From NCBI GenBank assembly GCA_964016885.1, contig OZ024748.1:28830001-28894000 (forward strand): DNA of 64,000 bases, written 5' to 3'. The notes beneath the pieces were generated by a model. The model ran no database searches, was not told the DNA's origin, and saw nothing but the letters and a program-made list of their open reading frames with translations. A program made the translations under genes and the position numbers. The stretch comes from Eledone cirrhosa. Its lineage: Eukaryota. Shown piece after piece: positions 13,750-27,284 of this stretch; positions within the stretch are counted from its first letter, which is position 1, and every line of letters begins with the position of its first letter.

Positions 13750-14880
13750 CTCATAGGTCGATAGGATAACGATTGTTGTTCTGGTCCATTTTTATGGAGT
13801 TGTTATATTCATCTTAGATACCATTGGTAGTGGGACCATTACTTCCATAGTTGCGTAGCCGAGAGTCTGGTTGTCGAATGTTTTGCTGCTATCATAGATT
13901 GGTATGTGGTTATAGTTCCTCAGTTGTGTGCATCTGGAGTCAGGGTTAGCTGCATTACAGTTCCCAAATTTGTTGAACCTAATGGGTACAGTATAACCTG
14001 CTCTGATCAGTGTGTTGTTATAATATTCGGCATGTTGGTCGAATAATTTCAGCATTAGCTGATGGAGCAGATATTCTGCCTGATACACTCTTAACGATGG
14101 AATTTAGCACTAACTTAGGGTGGTAATTTATATATCGGAAACTTTCTTTTGACTTGTGGTATGATCAGTACAGTCCAGTGTCTAGTTCTAGGGTCACGTC
14201 AAGAAAGTTAGTGGTTCTAGTTGTCCGTTCTATCTCATGTCCTACATTTTTAAAGAAAAATTTTGGGGGTTGTCATTCTAATTGGCTAGCATTGTGGTTT
14301 CTGAAGGCGAAAAAGGTGTTGTCTCTGTACACTCCGCCCCAAATCTGTGGGAACTGCAGCCAAATATTATGGAGTAGGTAGATTCCTACTAGAACCCATA
14401 GTTATATCAAAGCTGCCTGGTCGGTCCTTACATTCCCAGAGGTTGCTTTTGAATTCTATTAATGTCTTCCAAGCTGAAGGGCTTTGTTCAGATGTCTAGT
14501 TAGATGAAGCTAGGCACCACATTTAGACTCCATGTGGATAAACTAGTTGGTTACGTCGTTAGTGCAAGTCCATAAGTTAATTCCTAATTTAGCCTTAAGT
14601 TCTGGGATAATTCTATCAATGTTGAACTTGCTGACCATACCTAAGTCTGATTTTAAAAGGGCAATTAGACTTACTGGGAGTTTACTTTTGAAGTCAGGTT
14701 CATGGTCCTTAATCGTTATGCTGGATGTTCTAGGTTTAAAGGGTTCTGCTTTGTTGTCAGTACATAGTTCTGTCATAATATCTCATGCCGTCATGTTTAT
14801 GTTGTCAAGGTTGGTGTTGGTGGTAACTCTGTAGCATTTATGGATTTCCTTTCTGATGCAGTTTTGGTAGATCCATAGAA
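13750..14880 (-). mobile_element. Degenerate Penelope-like element RT fragment
   Basis: ITIKDHEPDFK, KSDLGMVSK, LGINLWTCTNDV and TTNFLDVTLEL are typical of PLE RT. Confidence 0.65.
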
Positions 14881-15449
14881 TAAAGTTTAGCAATCTTGTC
14901 CATGAGCCAATCCTCTAAAAAATGTGTAAAACAGGTGGATATAAAATAATAAAAACATGTAAACGAAACTTCATTGTTTTTCTTAGTATATACACTCTGC
15001 CTGTGCATCGAGTGCTTGTTTTGGTACCACCACCAGTAATTCACTGAATCACATACACTATATATATATATATATATATTGTTTGTATAAGTATAAATAC
15101 AGAGTATATAACTGAGACTGCACCAATGTGTATAAATAAGTAGGCATATGTATGTATGTATATATGTATGCAAGCAGGGAAAAGCGGACGTAAAATGATG
15201 ATATATAATCAAGTAAAGCAACGGAGTAAAAGACTCGCGTTTATCCCTGTAATTTAATGAGCTCAATTTGTCACCTTAATTTAAATATGAACCTTTTAAA
15301 ATGAGTTGTTTTGTTTCGTAGAACCAGAGGCTATTTTGGGTGGCTTGGTATGAAAAGGGTTAAGATGCTTGTTATTTTTGTTGTTGAGAACGTTTTTCTT
15401 CTGTTATACTTATGTTTTCTATGTATTTATTTTAGGTGAGGCTATCACT

Positions 15450-16955
15450 ATGACAACCAGAGAGGAAGCTTCTGATATCCTCAAGTCCCACATCCCAGAT
15501 GACAAGCAGGATTTATTTGATCAAATACTGGACAGACAATCACTTGACCCAGCTTTTGATCACCTTCTTAACAAATGTGTTGATAACCTCTATAATGGCC
15601 ACTACTATGACTGCCTAACACAGAGTTCTATACTTCTGGATAGAGTATGGGAAATGCTGAACACGGGACACTGGAAAACTGTGTCGATGCATTGGCGTAT
15701 CTCTTATTCAGTTGTCTCCCTTTGTAAAGCCTGTTCCCAGTTAGCTTTGTGGCTTTCATCGGACAAAGATAGCAGCATTTCTGCAGTCGACATCATAAAA
15801 TCTTGTGATATGGGTTTACTGATGGGTTCACCTCTTGAAGGAAATAATTTGACAAATTTAGCTTCTTCTGTTCACAGATTGTTGTGTTCTATGGAACAAG
15901 AGAAGGTAACACAGAAATTGAGCAGAAATGAGCCCGGGGTCTCACCTGTGTCTCACAAAGAAAGTAATGCAAACACTGTTATGGTGTCACATGATAGATT
16001 AAATAGTCTTGATGAATCTGTTCACAGTCATGCTGTAGAAAAAAACTGTTTGAAAGTCCTCTCAACTCACACACAGATCTTAGAAAAACCAAGTGATGTC
16101 TGCAATAACATTGTAGACGAAAGAAAGGAAAACGAGACAAATAATATTTCATCATCGTTGTTGAGAAGTGAGAATGGTGTGACAATTGAAAATAACAACA
16201 GCAGTGAATCATTTCTAACTAAAGTCAGCACATTCAATTTACCAATCACTAAAGTGAAATGTCCATCTTTGGAACATTTCCACAGGAATTTCTACAACAT
16301 GAACTGTCCAGTCATCATAACCAATGCCATTAACTATTGGCCAGCCCTGAGTAGTCGACCATGGAATTTAGATTACATCAAAAGTGTTGCAGGTGCTCGT
16401 CTGGTGCCTGTGGAAATTGGCTCCAAGTACACTGAGGACTCTTGGAGCCAGAAATTAATGACAATTTCCAATTTCATTGACGAATACATCACTAAACCCA
16501 AAGAGGGGACAAAAAATATTGGCTATTTAGCCCAGCACCAACTTTTCGACCAAATCCAAGAACTGAGAAATGATATAAGTATTCCTATATATTGTTGTTT
16601 GGGTACCAGTGAAGATGTTGATGTAAATGCTTGGTTTGGACCAAAAGGAACTGTCTCTCCCCTACATACTGACCCTAAACATAATTTTCTGTGTCAAGTG
16701 TTTGGAAAGAAGCTTATCCGTCTATACTCGCCACAAGACTCTGAGTCACTCTATCCATACGACAGCCACTTACTTGACAACACAAGTCAAATAGATTTGG
16801 AAAATCCAGATTTTGAGAAATTCCCTTCTTTTAAAGAACTCAATTACAATGAATTTGTGTTGGAACCAGGCGAGATGTTGTATCTTCCTCTGAAGTATTG
16901 GCATTTTGTGAAGTCGTTGTCAGTTAGTTTCTCTGTTAGTTTTTGGTGGGAGTGA
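15450..16955 (+). CDS. KDM8: JmjC domain-containing protein 5 (lysine-specific demethylase 8 / arginyl hydroxylase), 501 aa, intronless CDS
   Basis: N-terminal [10 protein letters not shown] and DMGLLMG motifs. JmjC domain [45 protein letters not shown] (HxD), YWHFVKSL, C-terminal [11 protein letters not shown] at 15450 follows a splice acceptor (tttag at 15431-15435). Confidence 0.95.
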   Translation: MTTREEASDILKSHIPDDKQDLFDQILDRQSLDPAFDHLLNKCVDNLYNGHYYDCLTQSSILLDRVWEMLNTGHWKTVSMHWRISYSVVSLCKACSQLALWLSSDKDSSISAVDIIKSCDMGLLMGSPLEGNNLTNLASSVHRLLCSMEQEKVTQKLSRNEPGVSPVSHKESNANTVMVSHDRLNSLDESVHSHAVEKNCLKVLSTHTQILEKPSDVCNNIVDERKENETNNISSSLLRSENGVTIENNNSSESFLTKVSTFNLPITKVKCPSLEHFHRNFYNMNCPVIITNAINYWPALSSRPWNLDYIKSVAGARLVPVEIGSKYTEDSWSQKLMTISNFIDEYITKPKEGTKNIGYLAQHQLFDQIQELRNDISIPIYCCLGTSEDVDVNAWFGPKGTVSPLHTDPKHNFLCQVFGKKLIRLYSPQDSESLYPYDSHLLDNTSQIDLENPDFEKFPSFKELNYNEFVLEPGEMLYLPLKYWHFVKSLSVSFSVSFWWE

Positions 16956-18339
16956 AATCTGCCATCCCACCAAAAATATACCCACAAATGCTTGCTTCAA
17001 CCATTTGTGTTTAGTGATATAAGCACCATACCTCAGACAGTGTATCTGGCTCTATGTTGGTCTGCTAATGCTTGGTCATGTCTGCTAATGCTCGGTCATG
17101 TCTGCTAATGCTGTCATATGCCATGAGGTCTGTTACAGCTCAAGCCATCTGTGTTCATGCTTAGTTTTGTTTAATCATGCATGGTCTCTTTAGTCTGGAG
17201 AAATCTTCAGCATTTCTGGTCATAGTGGTGTCTGGTCATATCCAGTGACATCTAGTCATAACCACTGATGTCTGCTATTATCCAATTGTGTCTGATCATG
17301 AATAGTCTGTTTGGTTTGTCAAGATGAGGGAAACCAACAAACAAGATCTACACAACACCACCACCACAAAGATTGCCTAAGATCTGCACACTACACAACC
17401 ACCAAAATGAAAAACAAAACAAATGCAAGTTGTCATATCTGAACCAGTAAATGCTATTTATTGTACAACCTCAAATGAATGACACCTCAGCTATATCACG
17501 TATAACTCAATTAACCAGCCAACTGATGGAAATTAAGACAAGATGTCCAGTTATTCATATGAATAGATTCTGTTGTGACTAATATTTTAAATATGCAATT
17601 GTATGCACTATTTAAGAAGAGATAGGAAATAGTCCCCTGTGATAAACTGAGTATACACGGGATAGGAGATAGTCCCTGCCCTCTAAGACAGGTTGAGTAT
17701 ACAATCCTAGTCCCTCTTTTTAATTGCTGAAACAGATTCAATTTATTTATGATGATGAAAATATGTCACCACCTCGATCTCATTTCCCCCCCCCCCCCCC
17801 TCCCTGTGTCCAAAGCAATCGCAATGTATTCAATCCATGCTGGTAAATGGATATAAAGTGACAGAAAATAATTATTTTATTCGTTTTCTTTTTTAAATAA
17901 TATTTATTTATTTATTTGGTTTATTCTTTTTCTTTTTCTTTTTTAAATTAATGAATTAAATAGCTACATAATATTTATTTATTTTGGCAAACTTACATGA
18001 GAGATCTCCCTGATAAAGTGAGTTTACAATCTAGCTTCAAATCTTGGTAGTAATTAATTCACATCATTTAACATTCCTTTTTATTCTCGATGGGTATGGG
18101 GTTGGATTGATATATAGGAATTCTTTCTGTCTGAAGCCTAGAAGCTTCTGGTTATGCATGCAGAATGATGACCAAAATGAGGGAAACTGAATAAATAATA
18201 CTACAAGTGTTTGTAAGCTAAGAAATATCTGGAAAAGGGGCTAAAAATGCCAGTTGAATATTTCATCCAACAAACATGTTGCAATTTTAATATCAACAGA
18301 CAAAATTCATAATTCATTATTATTATTTTCTAATATATG

Positions 18340-18497
18340 GCGGTGGATTGGCAGTATCGGTAGAGAGTCGGACACCATGCTTTGACGCATAGAGTTACGG
18401 CCCTTTCCATTCTGAGTTCAAACCCCGCCGAGGTCGATAAAATAAAGTACTAGTAATGTACTGGGTAATTGCTGGCCTTGTGCCAAAAGTAGAAACA
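18340..18497 (+). mobile_element. tRNA-derived SINE
   Basis: Same family as the 4898 copy. Confidence 0.8.
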
Positions 18498-18989
18498 ATT
18501 ATTTTCTCCTAATATTGAGTCAGGTTAACCAATGCTTTGTGAATGAATTTTGATAAACAGAAACTGCAGAAACCTGTCATGTGTATATATATATATGTGC
18601 ATGTGAGTAACCATATCTGTCTTCATTTATGTTCTGTAAATTAATAACAGACTTTTAAAAATGTGTACTGGGGTAGTTATTGACTATGCACAGAAGACAC
18701 TTTTTCATTTCATACAATAATACTTTTTCTAATTGTTCTCCATGTTTGTTTTCACTGATATATATCATCATCATCACCACCGTTCTTCCACGCTAGAATG
18801 GGTTAGATGGGTTGTCTGGTCAGCTGACCTCGTCTTGCTCATACTGGAACTGATTCTGGCTTGATTTCTACAGCTGGATGCCCTTCCTAACACCAACCTC
18901 ATTTACAGTGTGGTCTGGGTGCTTTCTTGCTGTGGCACCTCCATGACCAGTTTGCAGTGGAGGGGGGTACTGTCTATATGCTTCAGCTT

Positions 18990-19822
18990 AGGCTTGTACC
19001 CGTGGGAAGTCGGGGTTTCTGTATTACTGTGTAACACCAGAGATCACGGTCCTTTGAGGTGCAATTGGGTAAGGTCGGCTTTTATCATCTCATCCTAGGT
19101 CTTCTTGGGTCTCCCCACGCCAAGGCTTCCATCGACTTCTAGTGTCTGCACCTGTCATCCTTCATATGCATCACATGTCCATACCAACGCAACCTCCTCT
19201 CCTGCACACATTTGATTGCTCAGTCTCAATTCATTTATGCTTGCCATTCGCGTATATTATTACACATCCATCGGAGCATGCAAGCTCCGTTTCTTTCTAA
19301 TCTACGCAAGTCTTCTACGCACATCGCCCAGGTCTCTCTACCATGTAGCATTGCTCTTCGTATGCACACATCATACAGTCTGCCTTTTGCTCCCACCCTG
19401 TTTTTACCTTGGTTATTGTACTTTCAGAATACCCACATTCACTGTTAATTCAGTTACCTAGGTAGCAAAAGCTGTCTACTGTTTCTACAGAGCCCTCCCA
19501 AAGTTTGGTGGTGCTTGTTTCCTATGGCCGTTTACTACTTACTGTCTCGGCGCAGCTGCTACATGTAAAGCTTACATTCTTAGATCCCACTACATCTCTT
19601 GTGTACTGATTGTTTGCATTTGGGGCAGAGGATGGAGTTCCTACATACTGAGCAAGGCCATTTCGCTGACGGGATCTGTTTTCTCGTCATCTTATGAGGA
19701 CCTTAGTCTTTGTCAGGTTGACTTTGTGACCTCTTCTTTCTAGTCCCTGCTTCCATGTTTGGAATTTCTTCTCTAGTTCCACCATAGATTCAGCTATAAG
19801 TGTTAGATCATCCACATATAGG
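18990..19822 (-). mobile_element. RTE LINE 3' fragment, degenerate
   Basis: Similar in sequence to 23475-24460. Confidence 0.8.
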
Positions 19823-20062
19823 TGTTATGTCAGACGCTCTACTGATTACTGCCAATCCACAACCCTAACAACAACAACAACAAGTAAGAAAGTAGTTTCG
19901 GATTTTGAATAAAATTTACTTTATATAATTGAAAAGAACATTAAGATTTCAACATTAAACTAAAAACAGATAAAACTGATGGTGCTGTTGATGGAAAGTT
20001 ATAACTTTTAAAGAGTCAGAGAGAGAGATGTTTGCATTCCACCACCTAGGCAATTTCTATTC

Positions 20063-20478
20063 TCAGAACCGACGTATGTAACCTCTCTCCATGTTTGTGT
20101 AGCTGTTGTAATCTGAATCCCTCATCTGCCCTTCCAGGCGTCCACCCCCACCACCCATGCTAGTGTGATGTGAGTGTGAATGGTGCAAGTGGTGTGAGTG
20201 AGGATATGAGAACGAGTTTCCAGGTCCTATGCTCAACATCAGCCCCCCACCACCACTGCTGCTGCTGCCACCACCACCACCACCACCTTCACTGCTGCTC
20301 CTACTGAGGAAGCCCTCAGGACTGTACATACTGCTGCTTCCTGCTCCTCCAGAGTAATGGTCATGATTGGTTCTCATAGTATTGCTGCTCATCCACCGGT
20401 CACTTTTTTGAGAACCACCACCACCACTGGCCACATTTCCAGACATATCTGACCAGCCAGACATTTTCCAATCAAGAT
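20063..20478 (-). CDS. SAFB: SAFB/SLTM-like gene, terminal coding exon (Gly/Ser/His-rich, ends YIRRF*)
   Basis: Acceptor ttttcctctttag; phase 1 matches the exon ending at 49037. The C-terminal RRF/RRY motif is typical of SAFB/SLTM. Confidence 0.8.
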
Positions 20479-20992
20479 CTAAAGAGGAAAAAAAAATTTG
20501 TGAGTGGAATTTTGGAAATGGTAACCCCATAAGCCCATCAAATATTCGAAAGTCAACAAGGAAAAACAACACTGGATAACAATACAGTACACTGATGATA
20601 TATAGATATTAGTTTAACACTTGATATAGTAGGAAAACAGTCTTAACGTTTCAGATGTTAGTCCATCACAAGATAGAATGAGAACTAGAAGATATAGAAA
20701 GACAGACAAGAGTAAGAAAAGAAAAACGAAAAAAATGTTTATGTACACCTGAATATATACACATATGTAGACGTGTCTATGTTTATGTCCTGTAACTTAA
20801 CAGTTCAACTAAAAGAGAGATCAATAAAATAAGTAGCAGGCTTGAAAATATACGTTTTGGAGTCAATATGATCAACTAAACCTAAGTGATGATCCCATCA
20901 TTAGCTATCTTTTCACACATAAAAAGAAAATCAAGGAATTATAAGATTAAATATTTTGTTTATATGAACTGTCATTTTTTATGAGTACTATG

Positions 20993-21037
<45 letters not shown>

Positions 21038-21039
<2 letters not shown>

Positions 21040-21927
21040 TAGCAGAAGTACCTGGCGTTGCCCAGTTTAAATATAATAATGAAATTTCATTCAAAAATTG
21101 ATATAAAAATGTTTTCTTAATACTTATTTTGATTAGTGATTCTAACATTACTGGCATAACAAATTCTGTGAGATCAATAACTTGAAATAGAAAACACAAA
21201 AGCAAATTATGATAAAACTTCTTTATATAAAACATGAATTTTTTCCATGAAAAGATTTTTTGAACTTCCAACACCTGAGCATCCATCATACAATTGTCCA
21301 TGAGAGAAGCAAGGCTCCTCTAATTGCAAACCAATTACTGATAATATCTGTCCCTGTGATTTGTTGAGGGACATTGCAAAACTTAGTCTAATTCGAACTG
21401 TACTCTTTTAAATTGTACTGGTAAACCAGTAGATATTAATGGAATTTAATACATTATTGCCTGCTCCACATCCAGAGAGTACAGTAGCTTTTAAAACATG
21501 TGGTATCATTTTCTTCATAAGTCTTACTCCATTGCACAATTTTGGAGAATCTAAATTTCTTAGAAGCATTATAGGTGTTCCAAGTCTCAAGTCAAGTTTA
21601 TGAGGTGGTTCCAGTGAGTTTAAAAACTAAACTCAATAATTTACTATTTCTGATTGGTCAACAACAGTGTCAATAGATCTCTATAATTGGCAATTTCCAG
21701 GAAGGCACATTAGGAGATCAAAGTCTATTATTAATAAGTTCTTTCTCTGATTTCACCATTGTGAAAATAGGTGATGGATTTATTGCGCCTTCATTGTCTA
21801 CAGGTACTCTTCCTTTTCCCAGTCTTGAGCAAACTGTTCAGATAATCTATCACCATGGAAATATGCTCACATATTTGTTTCAAACTTCAGTACTTTTGTG
21901 CAGTGCCAGAGGTGCAATGATTTAAAG
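21038..21927 (-). mobile_element. Helitron 3' fragment (PIF1-like helicase remnant, hairpin plus CTAG end)
   Basis: [22 protein letters not shown] and [11 protein letters not shown] motifs. The 3' end reads GGGCAACGCCAGGTACTTCTGCTAG. Confidence 0.8.
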
Positions 21928-23465
21928 CAGAGGTTCTGAAACCTTTTGAGCCCCACCCCTTCACAGCCATGTACCCTCTGAGCCCCACCCCTATTTCCAG
22001 AGAGACCGGCCTACACACAAATTGTAAATAATATAATATATACTATGTATAAATAAATATTTCATATTTAATTAAGTTATATATATGTATCATTTGATAT
22101 TTAATATACTAATATATCATATGTGTACAGTACTATAATAATATTATGAATAATAAATTCATAGCATCCCCCAATCCACAGCTAAAAGAAAAGACCTTTC
22201 TACATATGCAAATATATTCTAACTCAATAAAATAATGCACAAATTTACAATACATATTGAAGAAGTCAATAGTATACTGCTAAAACAGCCCATCCAGAGA
22301 GGTTTTTAAGGAGGGGGTTCAATGAAAAGGATGAGTTTGGTGAAGTGAAAGTAGCTTCTCTTTCTCAGGCTGAATTGTACTAAGAATAAGTCTGAGATCT
22401 CCATGCTCTGCTGCTTTGTAAGAAAACAAGAGAACACACTGAATCCTCTCTCAACCAAATATATGTTGAAAAGGCAAGGAAGAACAATTTGACTTTCTTC
22501 CAAAGCTCCAGATAGCCTTTTGAAGCTAAAATTCTTGATAGTTCTTGTGGAATTTAGGCTTCAACTCAATGTCATTTTGAAGAGTTATCAGCTCCTCTTC
22601 TAACTCTCCACCTATGTCAATGAAGGAGTTGACAATCCATTCAGGGACTTGAAGAGCAAACAGATCATGAAATCATTGCTCCATATCTTCATGCAGTTTA
22701 TTGAGGTGGGAGAAAAAGACAAGCAGATCCTCGTCTGGAAATTTTCCGACCTCTTCAAAAGCAGACAAGCAAAGAAACTGGAAAAACTCCCTGCGTCCAA
22801 TGTTGCACTTATAACAAGTTTAGCTTGAAATGTTGAGATGATTGACTTCACTTGGATGAGATTAACACCATCTCCTTGCAGCTGCTTATTCACTTCTTTG
22901 AATTTAGTGAATAAGTCAGACAAGTATGCAATATGCTTTTAAGCCTCTCACTAAGTATCAAAGAATTCCGTTACTGAATCAAACAATGTGTAAAATTGAT
23001 TTAGACAATTTCCTCTTGATAACCACCTCACTGCTATGTAGAGCAAGTTTTGGAAATCCTCATCATTTTCAAAGCAAAGCCTTGATTTTATTCACAGCAG
23101 TGATGACCATGTTTAGGGAAGCGTGAAGATGACCACTGAAATTTCATGCAACAAGATGCTGTCGAATCATGTAGTGCATCATGAAGACATCAGGTAGACT
23201 GCCTTTGAGATAACTGATGAAGCCACAATGACAGTCAATCATTGATGGTGCATCGTCAGTTGCACAGGCTACAATATTAATCAGTAGGATGTCCTTTTGG
23301 TCGATAAAGTTCCTGACCACATTGAAAATGGATTCAGCCTTGGTATCAGTTTCCAATAGTCTAGCAACAAACTTTCGTCTTTCACAAAATAAACATATCC
23401 AAGGAGGAAGGATTCGTTGCCTGGCAAAGTAGACTCGTCTAACTGCAAGCTAAGTTCTGTTTTTT
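21928..23465 (-). mobile_element. hAT (Charlie/Buster-like) transposase remnant
   Basis: ACATDDAPSM, MHYMIRQHLVA and DLFTKFKEVNKQLQG motifs. TIR-like CAGAGGTTCTGAAAC at 21928. Confidence 0.75.
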
Positions 23466-23474
23466 TCAGAATAT

Positions 23475-26400
23475 TGTCTATATGCTTAAGCTTCGGCTTG
23501 TTCCTGTGGGAAGTCGGGTCTTCTGTATTACTGCGTGACGCCAGAAGTTACGGTCGTGTGTCATTGCTCTTGAGAGGTGCAATTGGTAAGGTCGGCTTTT
23601 ATCATCTTATCCCAGGTCTTCTTGGGTCTCCCCATTCCGCGGCTTCCATCGACTTCTAGTGCTCTGCACCTTTTTATGCAGCTGTCATCCTTCATACGCA
23701 TCACATGTCCATACCAACGTAACCTCCTCTCCTGCACACAGCATTTGATTCCTCTTATGTTTAGTCTCTCAATTCGTTTATGCTTTGCCGTTCGCGTATA
23801 TTACTATTACACATCCATCGGGGCATGCACACTTCATTTCTTTCTAATCTAAGCAAGTCTTCTGTACACAACACCCAGGTCTCACTACCATGTAACATTG
23901 CTGTTCATATGCATGCATCATACAGTCTGCCTTTCATCTTGAAGGAAAAGATTTTTGCAGCTAGCAGTGGTAGTAGCTCCCTGAACTTCTTCCATCTTGT
24001 TCTTGCCCTGGTTACTCTACTTTCAGAACACCCACCTCCACTGCTAATTTGGTCACCTAGGTAGCAGAAGCTATCTACTGTTTCTACAGAGTTTGGAAGA
24101 GCTTGTTTCCTGTGGCTGTTTGCTCCTTACTGTCCCAGTGCAACTGCTACATGTAAAACTTACATTCTTAACTAAACTTCCTCAGATCCCACTACATCTC
24201 TTGTGTACCAATAGTTTGCATTTGGGGCAGAAGATGAAGTTCCTACCTATACCTTTCCTACATACTGAGCAAGGCTATTTGCCTGAGGGGGTCTGGGTTC
24301 TGTTTTCTTATCTACTGTAAACTTACGAGGACCTTAGTCTTTGTCAGGTTTACTTTGACCTCTTCTTTCTATTCTCTGCTTCCATGTTTGGAATTTCTTC
24401 TCTAGTTCCACCATAGATTCAGCTATAAGTGTAAGATCATCTGCATACAGAAGTTCCCATAGGCAGTCTTAAACTCCTCTGTTATAGCCTGCAATACGAT
24501 AACAGAAGAGGGCTAAGAACAGAGCCCTGATGGACACCGACCTGTATGCTGAATTCCTCACTATTGTCATTGTTAACCCTAACTTTGCTGACTGCTCTCC
24601 TATACACGACTTGTACAGCCTTCACAAGCCCTTCATCTACTCCTAGTTTTCTAAGAGCCCACCAGATTATAGCAAGGCTGTTGAAGGCTTTTTCCAGATC
24701 AACCAAATCCAGATCAACAGCTTACTTTTAGCTAGGTACTTTTCCTTTAACTGCCTCACAAGGAAGAGAGCATCAGTGGTGCTTTTGCCTCGCACAAACC
24801 CAAACTGCATCTCATCTAGATTTACCCGGTCCCTAATCAGCTGTGCTACAACTCTTTCTGTTACTTTCATGACCTGGTCCATCAGCTTTATACCTCTATA
24901 GTTTTCTCTATCTAGTGCATCTCCTTTACCCTTGACAATGATGCTGCTGTGCCAATCCTTTGGTATGATGCCCTCTAGTATTACTTGGTTAACAATACAT
25001 GTAGTTATGGTGCGACCTACCGACCCAGATGCTTTCAGCAGCTCAGCAGTTATACCCGATGAACCGGTTGTTTCCCAGCTTTCATATCCTTAATTGCTTT
25101 ACTTAAGCCACTGCTGCTGACTTGTATTGCTGATCCCTCTATAGGGTCCACTTGGGGTAGGGTCTCTTTCTCCCATGTCTCCTCATTTAGTAATCTTTCA
25201 TAATGGCTCTTCCACGCAGCTTTCTTCTCGGCACGTGTGAGGACAAGTTCACCTTTATCATCCCGAACACACTTCTCTCCAATGACATAATTTTCTCTAA
25301 CGCACTGCCTCACAATCCTGAACACCTGTTTCTGGTCCTCACGCTGCAAAACGTGCTTGAATTTTTTATGCTCCGCTTTCCTACTAGCTAAGTATACTTG
25401 TCGCCTAGCTACCCTCCTGGTCTCTATGTAATGTACCCTGCTTCCCCCCTTCTTCCATTCTTTCCATGCCTCTCTCTTAGCCTTAATTGCCTCATCTACC
25501 TTATGGTTCCACCACCAAGTCACTCTCCTTCTCCCTGTGGACTTGCTCCAACTACAAATTTTGTCTGCCGCCTTTAGTAAGTTATTTTTTAGGAACTCGC
25601 AGTGCTCTTCTATATTGAATGTCTCTATCTGTTCTTCTTTACTCACATAGCCGTCAAGTAAAATATCTTTAAATCTGTTACTAGGTGAGGGATCTTTCTT
25701 CTCCAGGTTGCCCTCTGTTTCAAAGTTCCCCTAGTTCTGACAATGAGGTCGCTGACAACTAAGTTATGTTGGGAGGTACATTCCTCACTGGCCATCTATC
25801 CCGTCCTCTGATAAGGATAAAATCTATCTGACTAGAATGCTCCCCTGATCTATAGGTGATCAGATGGTTGTTGGGTTTTTTGAAGTTTGTGTTACATATC
25901 GACATGTCATTGGCATCACAGAATTCTAGAAGCCTGAGGCCTTCTTCATTTCTTGTGCCAAACCAGTAGCCTCCATGGGCCCCATAGAAGCCGTCACATT
26001 GTTTCCCACTGTGTCTGTTAAAGTCTCCTGCAATGATTAGGAAGTCATTGTCATTTGTTAGGGCAGTAGAGTGCATTAAGGACTCGTAAAACCTATCCTT
26101 AAGTTCGTCTGGCAACCCAGATTGGGGTGCATAAACTGATATAATTGTAGCAATTGTTTTATTCAGGACTAGTCTAAGTTTAATGATTCTTGCGTTCACT
26201 CTGTTCACTGAGATTACCTTATCTACCCATTTGTCAGCTAATAGTATAACTACACCACCCAACCCATTGTCATTTCCCACCCAGAAAAATTTGTAGCACT
26301 GATTTTTGCCTACAAGGACTCCAGCGGGCTCTCCTCTCCATCTAGTCTCTTGTACACAGCATGCATCAATTTCCTTTCGCCCTAACATCTCTACGATTTC

Positions 26401-26490
26401 TCCTGCTCTTCCTTTCATTGTGCTCACGTTGATGGTGCCAACTCGGAATTTTGGGAAAGAGTGAATTTTTGCGGTGGAGTGTGTATGCAT
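23475..26490 (-). mobile_element. Near full-length RTE LINE (APE endonuclease, RT, PHD-like finger), frameshifted
   Basis: ORF pieces RVGTINVSTM/CCVQETRW/SVYAPQ/AGDFN (APE), QFGFVRGKSTTDA, VGVHQGSVLSPLL and YADD. Confidence 0.9.
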
Positions 26491-27284
26491 TCCGTCTCTG
26501 AATTAAAGCTTTGCATGGAAGTTTGGTAACTTGTGGATTCATATTCATTTATTTATTCGGAGTTGTTCCATCATCATCAACTCATCCATAGCTAATGATA
26601 AACAAGAATTTCTTTAGGGCAAGGATTGAACAGACGGTAGCAATAATGGCAGAATTTGTTGACGCAAGTAGTGGGTGAGGCTATGTCGCTGTGGTTTGAT
26701 TGGTCGAAGAGTCTATGGTGGTGAGTGGGAGGGATTTGTGAGATAGGTATCCATCATATTGTCACTGAAGATTCGGGGGGGAATAAGCAGATACAAGTAG
26801 GCATATTCGACAAGGCAAATGTGTGAGAATTTCAAAATCAGCCACCGACTAAATGATAGATTGATTGGAATGAGTTAGAATATGTAGAGACTGAGAGAGA
26901 GAGATATGGAGAGAATATACAGTGTAGTTTATTTTAAAAATAGCCGAAATATACGTTGGGGAAAAATAACCCATGCTAGCGTGGAAGATAGACGTTAAAT
27001 GATGATAATGAAGCGAATAATAATGTATACAGAACATTTTCAAAGTGTGGACATAAATACATGTAGAAACAAAATAACCTATGGATGGCTGGGATAAGTT
27101 GGAAGTTTTACAGATTCATAGAGGAAGGCAACAGATGAAATCTGTGGCTGGAGCAGACCTTTAGGCAGGAGGAGAATAAAGAAATGCCAAGAAATGGAAA
27201 AGGCGATGGGAGACTAAGGACAAAGAGAATAACCAAGACAAACACACAGACACACAAAATAGGGTAGATAACAACATTGAGCCA

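Noticed and set aside
15369-15449. N-terminal extension of the KDM8 ORF in the ORF track
   Set aside because: It starts at TTG within an intronic pyrimidine tract upstream of a splice acceptor; ATG 15450 is the plausible start.
20641-20673. HHR-like motif on the minus strand (UCUU-GUGAUGG...GAAACGUU-AAGA)
   Set aside because: Two core substitutions; at best a decayed relic, so not called as a ribozyme.
26761-26800. CTGAAGA followed by a short hairpin
   Set aside because: No GAAA/NUH or stem I closure. The same applies to the CTGANGA hits at ~1219, ~13704 and ~63011.
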